A stretch of DNA of 64,000 nt, from assembly GCF_009914755.1 (NCBI RefSeq), contig NC_060930.1. The stretch is one strand, 5' to 3'. Made by a program: the position numbers and the translations under genes. The DNA is from the human T2T-CHM13v2.0 reference genome, Homo sapiens. Shown here in pieces: positions 52,829 through 64,000 of the stretch (the first letter of the stretch is position 1; every line of letters begins with the position of its first letter). The notes below the pieces were generated by a model. The model searched no databases and was not told the origin of the DNA. It was given only the letters and a program-made list of their open reading frames with translations.

Positions 52829-55800
52829 TGTAGGTACCATATAATAAATACAATAGCATATTTTATGTGGAGATATATATATATATACACATATAATAGA
52901 GAACCAACCAGAACCTGTGTTCCATGAAAAATACTCTAGGAAAGGTAATGCATGAATGAATTGATGCTCTAAAGGCAAGTATATCTTACAGGCAATCTTC
53001 AATAAACACTATTTCTCACAAGTAAGCTTTGATAGAAATTGGGCAGCTGAGTGGGTTTATAATCTCTGGCAGAAGCTGAATGGCAGTTCTATTGTGTTGC
53101 TAATCAAAAGTATAATGATATGCTTTGAAAGTTCATGGTTAGGTTCTAAAAAGCTGGTCTCCCTAGGCTCCTGCTTCAGTAGAAAGAAACATAACTTCTC
53201 TTGATCAGCTTGTGATGAAGCAATAACTGTGGGCACAACCAATAATATTCTCAAAAACTTGCTGCTCTAACACACGAACAAAATAGTATGTGTGGCCTGT
53301 AGATCTGTGCTCCATTTCAGTAGTTCCCAATCTATGGGCTGCACACTCTAAGTGATTGTATTTTTTATGTGTGGGAGGGGTCAAAGTTTTGCAAAGTTAT
53401 TTTTTTTAATACTAAATTTGGATGTGACCTTTCAACTAATACAAAGTACAACTATTACACTGTAGAAGATCCACTAACTTTTTCAACATTAAACTTGTAA
53501 AATTTGGGGAGTTCTTTTTATAGTTAGAAGATGCTTACAATCAATAAATTAGGATAAATAAATCTGGAGGATAACTGTCAAAAATGATCATTTTCATTAT
53601 CAATTTTCATCTTCGCTTTCTGACAAAAATTATATAGTCATGACTACAGTCTAGGCCAGGCCACTCCTAGGGGTGACAATAAAATATCATGTGAATTTTA
53701 TACAAATCAGATTTAGAACCTTTGTTCCATCAACTATCAATGTGGGATTTCGGCTCTGGAAGCTCAGATTTTCAGTTAATAAAAAGGGAAACACATTTAC
53801 ATTTTATGTGATAGTAAATGTGTGAATAGGTCTTTGTTGGTGAGCATGTATGATTAAAAGGAAATGAGTCTCAATGCTAAATATTTGTGCTGGCCATTCT
53901 GTTTTTATTTCTCACACTGACAGCAGCAGACTTATTCACTACCAAACACCACATAAGCTGGTTGCTATTTAATAGTGAAATAAAACATGGCAGTAAACAT
54001 GATTGCAGGGAGTAAGGGTACCATCACAAATATATGCAAAGCAAATAATATTCCAATATCAGTTTTGTTACCTGAGGCTATGTTCTAAACATGAGATAAA
54101 CTCCTGGTTTAATGTAATTATAAATTATGGTATTTAGTGATATGGAATATGATATGAAAACATGAGCAATTACATTTTAGCAGTCTAAGAAAATATCTGA
54201 GGATCCAGAAATTTCAGAATGAGGGAAATGCTACTGTTTTAAGAACTAACTCACTTTACAAAAGCTGAAATATTGCTCTAATATAACAATCTCTAAAGTA
54301 TGTTGAGATGAAATTAGATAACTTCCTGAACAAGGACTACTTGGCCAAATAAATATGCAAACATTGGATTGAAAAAGTTTAGCTTCTTCACTGCAGCACT
54401 CCTCAGAGTCTTTAAATGGTAATTAGGGATGTGACTCTATGAAAGGGGAACACTGAAGAAAGCATTTTGTAAACTTAATTGAGTACAGGGGCCCTCTCAC
54501 TCTTTCTTTTCCAATAGAACACTCTGTGAAATAAGTGTTCCAAATAATATTTTGGGAAATGATGTCCTAACCCAATCTAAATTAAGGAAAGTTCCCTAAT
54601 ACAGTCTAATTGGGACACATAGCCGGCAGGATTTTACAAGGGTTTCTCCTCATCCCTCACATTTTGATGTGCAATCATGTACGTGGGCCTGATAAATCCA
54701 AGTGAAAGGTTTCTTCTCGATAACTAAAGGAGATAACTTCTGTGATCTATAAATTAGAATAATTTCTTACCAAATATTAAAAAGTAAGCTGAGGAAAATA
54801 TTGTTTCTTCCTTTACACCTAAAGTTTAAAGGAGCTTTTCCATAACAAAAAGACAACTTTTAAGATTCTCATCTTGTTCCCAAAGGAATGACCAGTTTTA
54901 ATTCTGTTTTCCAGTTGACTTTATGAAGGGTAATGTCATCTAAAGACATGTACTTCTTTTCCTCTGAATATATCACAGTACAAAATATCGGACCTCCTTG
55001 CACTGCGGCTCGTTACCACAAGTTCACTTACAGAAAAAAATCGAGCATGAAGCCAAGATTTATCACTTACAGTTTGTTGTATCAATTGGTGCTATAGAGG
55101 AATAATGCTGCTTTTTAGGAGCCCACACATATATATGTTGTAGAAGAATTTCTGGCTAATGAAAAAATTCAGTTAAACATTTTTAGCCTGTTCACATTGT
55201 AAGAGGCTATGTTCATCAATCAATATTTATTGAGAATGACGGCACAAGCAATCGCATCAGGCAGCATGGGGCTTATAAAGTATAATCCAGCTTTGATTTC
55301 TGACTTCAGGGAGCTGAATTTCATTAGGGAGAGAAGAGAGACACATTTGCAAATAGCATATTCACTGTCAACTTATATGTCTCCCCAGCATATTAGATGT
55401 CCACTAGTGTATTTACACATCGAATTTTTAATTTATGAAAGCAAATTGACTATTTCTAAAAAATAAGCTTTTTTCTCCTTGAAATTAAAAGCCTGTTATT
55501 GCTTGTGATTTGATTTTTGAATTATTTTAAAGTAACATTTGATGAACTTAATTAGCTAATGTGATTTACAGATACTGAGTTATCTAAAAAAATAAATTGA
55601 GGAATCATTGTCTTGGTCTAGATTTCAAGTGATTCTGACATTTGAGTTGTAACATAAATAACAGATGAATGAGCCAAACAGCAGTGGCAGAAATGTGCTT
55701 CAAAGGAAAAGCACTTAAACAGATTTCCACACAGGTGTTTAGGCAAAAATACAGTCTACCAACAGGATAAAAGATACTTTAGTCAAATATCTGTACATTT

Positions 55801-57319
55801 TGTTGTACACATGGGTAAACATCTGTATACCCAGAAATATTTAGATATTTTAATGTTTCACTTTATATTTCAGTATACTTGTATATTCATGAATATTCAT
55901 GTATGTTGCACAGAATTTGTTAATCTTTGCACTTGGGTGAATGTAAACGAAGTTCTGTTGCTTTTTGGAAAAGAGGAGTTTGATGTTGGCTTTCTAGGGC
56001 TGAGATGTAAAAATTAAAAGGGAAATGCTAAATTCCAGTGACAAGAGTCCAGAGAGTTTCCACTCTGCTCTGGGAGGGCTTATGGCTTGCCATGTGCCAG
56101 GGGCCAATTTCAGGGCACTTGAAACATCTGCTCCCCCTACTTACAAATCAATCATAGCCTTTATGGGTCTGGAAGCTTCAAAGTCTTGGAAAGAGGCAAG
56201 AGGACCCAGTCTAGACTGCTGTGGGTATGGTCAACCGCTAGGACTGGGAAGGAGACCAGATATTAGGCATCCTGCTCATTCCTGATCTCTAAGTATTTAC
56301 CAGATGACAAAAGTCAAGTTGGGTTTGGAGAAACGTGTAGTTTTCGGGTTAACATTATTCCCTACAGTTTCTTCTTTTTATCTCTGAAAACTGCATGATC
56401 AGTGGAGGCAAATGGGGATTAAAAAGCAAGAGAGGGTAGATATTTTCCAGATTGGTTGAGGGTCAGGTAGTGAAAAATCTGATATTCTAAGAAGAGTCAC
56501 TCTGGTTACCAATATATGTTAGTATTTATTTTGTTATAATATTGTACAGTTATTTTTAATTTCCAAAGAATCATAAATAAATAATATATATAATGTATAA
56601 ATATGGAGATTCTGGACTATGGTAAAGTTGTCCTACTTTAGAGGATAAGTTAAGGCATTTTCTTGCAGAGGAGAGTAGAGAGCAATGGGAGTACTGATAT
56701 TTTGATGAATAATGTTTAGAAAGTCACTTAAATTGGAAGGAGACGTTTGAGTGACTGCAATAAGTTAATTTAAAATATAATAGACATTCCACAGTCAAGT
56801 TTCCTCACCTTTGTGTATATTCTTTATAATGAGCTACATTTCCTGATTTTACTACTTAGATAAGAAGTTTAGGGTCAATCAGCAATAGACAGAAAAGCCT
56901 CCTATTATTCATAGTGTACCTCCTCTCATTCTTGCTCCTGCAGACCAACTGTTATGATTGATATCAGGGGAAAATAAATCTCTGGATGCAATACATTCTA
57001 ACTGTACTATAATTGACATAGAATTTGTTTTACGCTTAAAATGAAATCTGAAAATGAGAATTACACTGAAAGGTAATGAATTACAGTTTGGTAGTAAAAT
57101 TATCTCATCGTAAGATAAAACATTCATTTAAGAAGATAACTGTAAGAAAATGTACTTTTCTATTACAACTATCTTCGGGTAGTTTGAGGCAAAATGATCT
57201 GTACTTTTCAATATAGATCATATAATTTTCTAATATGAAATAAATTTAGCATTTTAATGCAATTTTAGTTATGCATTTTAATATTTCTTTCTCCCATACT
57301 ATGACTGTGATGCTTCTAG

Positions 57320-57480
57320 TGTAAGTCTCCTTCATCTTTGATCCATGAATGTGAATTCCCTGGACCTCTGTTGTCCAGGGGACATGATAATTTGCATGTG
57401 CATTTTTCTGGGCAGAGAATCCAGAGGTTTCTTCTCATTTTGAAAGTGATCTCTAAGTGATCAGTGATCTACTTGACCAC
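57320..57480. mobile_element. hAT-Charlie remnant (MER103-like)
   Basis: tgcatttttctgggcagagaatcca...ttct...ttttgaaag resembles the MER103 core. Confidence 0.4.
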
Positions 57481-58288
57481 GGAAAATACAAATTACACAA
57501 TATCTTAAGAAGCCAAAATCCAGCAGCCCAATTCTTCATGCTGTCACTAGTCACATGGCATTCCACAGCACCCCAAAACTATTCTAACTTCTAACTGTAA
57601 CTTTATTGTTGTTATTATTATTTTTTGGAATACGGGTTTTGAGAGTCTTAAGCTTCCATAAAACCACTAGGATCAGGTTAGCTTCCTGGCTCAGACATTT
57701 CTTTTTATTTTCCTTCTTTTTTTCTGCCTCTCCCTATCATGCACTTAGAGAAAACCTCTCCTTAAACAGTACAATAGTCAGAAATGCTCATTCATTCATA
57801 TATTTATAATCCTAAAAATGAGGCTAATTTAAACTAAAAACATTCAGTCGATTTATTTTAAAATTCCTAATTATGTTTAATAAATGAATGGGATAGTTTT
57901 ATACACTGAGATCTACAAAAATTATGTATATTTTTAACTGAGATAAATTTAAAAAAATAGAATTATGGTAGTTTCCTTTATAATTTTAAAATTATCTTGT
58001 TCATTTAAAGTCATACAAATATAACAAGACACATGAAATTACAATTGTGTGCCATGTTTAAATGATTAGATTGGAGTAGGATTTCTTTCCACTATGTTTA
58101 CAAAAAAAAAAAAAAAGGATAAATGAGCCCACTGAAATTTCAGACTTAAAAGAAATAAAACAAAGTAAAAAAGTGAAATACTTTATAACAGTAAATCATA
58201 GTATATCTGTGAAATTTGAGAGAAAAGACAGTAATTTATTTGAAAGTGCTTGGAAATGTAAGCCATTTTACAAGCTGTATGCTGTGAA

Positions 58289-58360
58289 GATAGATGATAG
58301 ATAGACAGATAGATAGACAGATGGATAGATTGATAGATTGATATAGATATAGATAGATAT
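58289..58360. repeat. Imperfect (GATA)n/(GACA)n repeat
   Basis: Direct read. Confidence 0.9.
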
Positions 58361-58696
58361 GAATGAAAATAAGAAGCAGCAGGGTGGGCTGTAGCTGAAA
58401 GGAGAGTTATAAAGGGTCAGTGGGGAAAGGAGAGGGCAAGAGCTATTATAGCAAACCCAGATTCAGAGGAGTCCCAAACCAGGAGTGAGTAGAAGCTCTG
58501 AAGTCAAGAAAGCAGAGTGGAGGTAAGCAAGTCGGTTGGGAAGAGGCTGAAAGTGAATAAGCACACAGAGAGAGGTGGATTATTTTAATGTTGAAGTTAT
58601 TTATTAGATTTCCTACACTGTCTAGGACTCACAGTTCTCTGTGAGGCTCTACATTATTATTTTGCCTGCTCTTAAAATTTCCATGAGAATCTCCCT

Positions 58697-58870
58697 TCTC
58701 TCTCTCTCTCTGGCCTTTTCTCTCTCTCTCAATACATACATACATACATACACACACATACACACAAACATACACACACACACACATATATATATACACA
58801 TGCATACACACACGTATATATATATATACATATATATATATATACACACACACACATGCACACACACACA
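58697..58870. repeat. Compound (CT)n/(TACA)n/(CA)n/(TA)n microsatellite
   Basis: Direct read. Confidence 0.92.
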
Positions 58871-61339
58871 TACTGAAAATATACCCCCTCTCTCTGCACT
58901 CCTCACAGTGCATGGCACAGTAGTTAAATCTATAACTTTATTACTCAGAGAAGAGGATCTTTAAGCTTTAGAATGTTACTGTAATTTAAATAGTATTTTC
59001 TTTTATTCCTGAGAATAACCAATGATATATACACATTACCATGCCAGTCCCTCTTTTGCTGCTGAAGTCTAGTTTCTAAATATATTTCAGTACATTGCAC
59101 TATTAACCATTCTTACTGTGAGAATGACCACATTATAATGTAAAAAGGCATCATCTTGCTTCTAGATATGAGAGTATTCCTGAAAATGTTTGGCAATGCA
59201 TAATTCCAACATATGATATGTTCATGCCCCTACACCTACCACAGTTCTGTCACATACTCCTTGCCTATGTTTAAAACAACCATGAAGTGATTTCACGAAT
59301 GGGTGTAATATGTTTCTGCCATGAAAATAAGAAAGTGAAAACAAGAGGTCCCCAAATAGAACAGCCTTATGAATATATTATTGAATTAATGAGTATCTAA
59401 GAATGTGCAGGAAAAATTGCACCTGTGTTACCACTAAAAGCAATATTGGCAAGTGCTTGCTGAATGGTAATAAGTCCAGAGTTGTCTATGTAACCATAAA
59501 TAGGCATTATATGATTCTCTAAATACAGAGAAGCCTAATACTAATTACACAAACCATGCCACCTGCAAGTTACTTATTTAGTGCCCTTCAATACAGCATG
59601 AGAAAACTTACAGCATCTGGGCCTGCATATTTTGATAATATCCTTGATGAGGAGGCATCTGATCAGGCCCTTTTTTGTTGCCTGACCTCGGGTAGTTTAA
59701 GTAACCATGCTGGCCTTTAGTATCCTCACTGGTAAAATGAGGCTTAGATTCCACCTGTGGTTTTCAAATAACCCTCTTTGGAGCTCTGTGGCTTCTGAGA
59801 ATTCTTTAGAGGATTGACAAAAATAAAAGAAAGAAAAAAATAATGAATTTCAAGTATTTTCTTCCAAACATTAATATTTATATTGCCTTAGAAACCTGTT
59901 AATTGTTTTGAGCTTAAGTATCCCTTCCAGTTCTATAATTATAGAAACGAATCCACATAGGTATTGAGATAAAAGCTTTTACATATAAGATCTTTTCTGT
60001 AATAAAGTGAACTGGGCTTAATGCAAGGGTAGCAAGTTTATCTAAATAAAGAATTTTTGGATAACAGATTATTGTTGCTCATAGAACTTAAGGTTGATAA
60101 TGTAATTCTTATAAGAAGTGACCTGTGTTTTGCCACATTTTGGTGAGGACATCATCTAGGTTCTAGAGAAAAGGTTATTCTCCTTGTATCACTAACATGC
60201 ACAGTTACTAGCAGATTGTTAATCATAACAATTCAGTACACTCTCTAAACAAAGAATATTATAAAATATGTTTTATGCAGTGGGTTTCTTTTGTTGTAAC
60301 AATGTGTCTGGTCTAAAAAGATGTCTGTACTTTGCATGAGGACTAGTTTTAACTGAAATCTTATCCTAACTATAACTTGTCTATGTATGGGTTTAAGGAG
60401 AGTACTCATATACCCTTTATTTGTAAAACATTTCTTTTTTCACTTATAAAATCATTTTCCTCTGATTCTGAAACCTATCCTGGCTTATAAAGTGTCTTTC
60501 TAAAGCTTCAAATTCCTCAAATAAGAAGTAGATTAGAAATAAAAAGAAAAGAACAGAAGAGGATTAAAATGTAATTTATGTTGGAAAAATGCAATAATTT
60601 CATCAGATGGCATTTTCAATCCCTTCAGTATGCTATGGATAACAGACAAGACCAGTGAAATTGGGTGAAATTATTATATGAATTTGTGTATTCAAATTTT
60701 ATTCTGACTTAAATAAAGATAAATACTAGTTGGAGGCCGTAGAATTCTAAATGAGAGGTGTGTTTCAAAAAAAAACATATAAAATCTCTTAAAATTTTAA
60801 GATGTTATTATTCTTGGTATAAGAGAGCAACTAAAGTTTCCATATTATAGAAGTCAAGCCCTAAAATTCTAAAGTTCAGAACAGAGAAAACGAAGAAAGG
60901 GAATGAAAGACATCTGAGAAATAGTAGCAATATAAAAGGAAACAGATTTTGGAAAGTTACAATTGACTCATTTATGTAGATAGAAATAACATAAGTGATT
61001 GTCTTCTCTCTATATATGTGTGTATCTATATATAATATCATGCAATCTTGTTGATTGATTAATTTAAAATGGTGCTCTTACCACCATCATCATATATCAA
61101 TAATTCATTATTGAACTCCCATGTTACTTGATTGGGTCATTTAAAGAAAAGTTTCTTGTTTGCATGAATAAAGTAAAGAGCTGATTAGTTAAAAAAAAAC
61201 TGCATATTTTCAGACTCTTTCAAATGCATTTAAAAAAAAAATCCCATCATTTTATTTCAAGTATGGGCTGATGAGAAAAGAGCAACACCTGAGCATATCT
61301 TGGTAAAATGCTTGAATTCTAAGTATAAGGTGAACTACA

Positions 61340-62000
61340 GCTCTCATTCAAAATGACCAAGTTAAGTACACAGAAGAAAGCTCACATGCAACACTGGATG
61401 CAGGAAGATGGTAACCTAGCATTTAGAGATTACTGAGAGAGAACACTTCACTGTGAGAACTCTGAACACATCGAAGAGTCCACTGAGCTAAAAGGAAGAA
61501 AGTCATTTGAGGATTTGCAACAGTTCTACTGGTCTATCATTCACATACCCCAACAGGGGAAAATATTTGAAATTAAGACTCAAACCAACAAGGCCAACCA
61601 GATTATTACAGGACCAGTGTTACGCCTCTCTTGCTCTATGTTCACATCACCTACCAGTCTCATTCTTCATGACCTTTTCACAAAGCTCTTGGAGCACTAA
61701 AAGCTGGAGACTGTACAAGGAGATGAATGAGTATAACATGCCCTCTTCCCACTGCTACTCCCCAAGCTGTAATTTGTTCTAAGCCTGTGGGAGGAGAAGA
61801 GTTTTGTATTAGATTTGAAATGGCAATTATAAATTGGAAATAAGTGGGCTTCTTAAAACCTCAAATGCCTAAATTGAGACTCTTCTTATAGAAGAAGGAG
61901 TAGAAAACTATGTTATTTGTTCAAGCTGAAATTAAGAATAAGAAGGGGAGAATGACAGTTGTTAAGAAAAATAAAGCCAAGTCCTATTTGTATCACATTG
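61340..62000 (+). mobile_element. Possible ancient LTR (MamGypLTR/LTR85-88-like)
   Basis: gcctgtgggaggagaag...gagact...gaaaactatg...agaaaaataaagcca.gtcct.tttg; recollected similarity only. Confidence 0.3.
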
Positions 62001-62789
62001 AGTACAGACCATCCAGTAAGCCATTTGTACTTGTATTTTAAGGCATTGTTATATATGCATCCTTACATACACTACGTAGAAAGACTGGCGTGGAGTGAAT
62101 GAGAAGGGAACAACAATAACAACAAAAATACTAAAGATGAGATAGAAGTTATATTTTTGGTACAATAGGGATTCTCTGAAGTTTCCTGGCTATCTAGTTT
62201 AAATATCATCTGGAAGAATCAATACATTTTTCATTGTAGCTTGCTGAGTTTCAAAGTAGTAAAATGAGATCACTTAATCAAGGAAGGGCAATTCAAAAAA
62301 AATGTTTTATGTTATTTAGCTCTTTAAAAAGTAAGAATTAGTTGCTAGAAGTTGAAGATACATTTCAGAAATACATAATTTTGTTAAAAAATCAGTTTCA
62401 AAATATGCTATACTCTGGAGGTGTTTCTTGGTGTATTTTAAAATGTTCACTGTGAAATAGAATCTTTGGCTGTGGGTCATCAATATTTTCAAGAGGCTAA
62501 TCGAACTCTCTTTCTCTCTCTCTTCCTCTCCCCCTTCCACTTTCTCTCTTTGTCTCTGTCTCAGTAGATAAATTACCCTTGTTTGTATGGTGGTGGTCTT
62601 TGCCAGCAATTGATTTTCGTTGACCCTAGGAATATCACTTTCTGTTTGATCAGTGTTTCCTGCTCTATTGTTGCCACCATCCTTCCTTAAACACATTACT
62701 ATCCAATCTGGTTTCCCATTTCCAGTAGCTCTCAAATAAGTCTTTATAATCTTTATCTTTTACATTTTAGAAATAGTTTTTCTGGTTCT

Positions 62790-62885
62790 TAAATTCTACT
62801 AGGTCAGTGGCTCATGTACCATACATTGCTAGAATTGTGCCTGGCATATATTTGGTGTCCAGAAATATTTGTTGTGTTAATTAGT
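62790..62885 (+). mobile_element. L2 3' terminus
   Basis: ctagaattgtgcctggcatata...gtgtccagaaatatttgttg. Confidence 0.65.
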
Positions 62886-63747
62886 ATGATCTATTCACCT
62901 ATTTCCAATTCTTATCTCAGATAAAAATTATAAACCTTACTTAACAGATTCTGATTACTGGGCACCTTTTCTGCTCAATCTCCAGTAATCATGAGTCTTT
63001 TTGAGTCACATTCATCTAAAAGCTATTTGCAGGTCAGTGTTGACATATGATTATTATGCCAACTGCTTCTTTTATCTGTCTTCCAAGTTATGTCAATCAA
63101 TTAGCAATGATACAGTAGTCCTGGATTTCAATAATAATAATCATGATTCTTACTATTATTCTATTCTTAGAACTAATAAGAATTTTAGTTTTGTTCTAAT
63201 AGATCTGTATTATCTATTACAACTTATCAGATAAGAAGAAATACTCCATAGATGATTACAGATGTCTTCCAAGAAAATCAGACTATTATCATAGTGCTAT
63301 AGCACTATAGCAATACAGGAAATATTTCTGAGCAAGTAATAATTACATAAATACATGTGGCTTTGTGCTTACTGCCATTAGCTACCACACTATTAGAATA
63401 TGGTTAGTTACAAGAAAGAAAAGGGAATTAATTGGTTTTGAGATAGCAGTATGAGGGAACTCTTGACAACATTTTAACAACCACAACAATGAAGGAATGA
63501 AATCTGGATTATGGATTCTGCTTCCCTCTCTGCATTGAACTTTGTTTTTAAATTCTGTAACCAATCATTCTCTTGCTTGTAGGATATTATTGCTATAAAT
63601 GTTGAACTCCTGCCGTCAGCCAGTCAAAATGTATCTACCATCTCTCACCTTTTAGGTCTTGCCATTTATCAGTTACTTTTGCTGGCTGGTGGGGTTTAGT
63701 TGAATACATTGTTTTCCCTATATATTCACCTGCATAAAAGACTGATC

Positions 63748-64000
<253 letters not shown>

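Overview
AT-rich, CpG-poor primate (human-like) genomic DNA that looks intergenic or deep-intronic. I can support no protein-coding gene, tRNA/rRNA gene or CpG island. The long ORFs in the track are artefacts of simple repeats, Alus and decayed L1s. Much of the window is fossil transposable elements: Alu (FLAM, J, S, Y), L1 (PA, MA, MC, MD/ME), L2, MIR, MaLR LTRs (MLT1, MST), a MER11 (HERV-K HML-8) solo LTR and DNA transposons (Tigger2, Tigger3a, MER20, MADE1). Subfamily names come from recalled consensus sequences, not a database search. I found no new biological system. The most notable structure read directly from the sequence: (i) two short, locally templated insertions (a ~50-bp L2 piece copied into an L1MC 2.9 kb away; a ~110-bp Alu-L1 junction copied into the 5'UTR of the same L1 1.7 kb away); (ii) one L1MA with intact TSDs hosting four independent insertions; (iii) a 1.66-kb alternating purine-pyrimidine VNTR with 26- and 38-bp units; (iv) microsatellites grown from one copy of a TSD; (v) a compact inverted HOX/CDX-ERR-MEIS motif cluster in apparently unique DNA.
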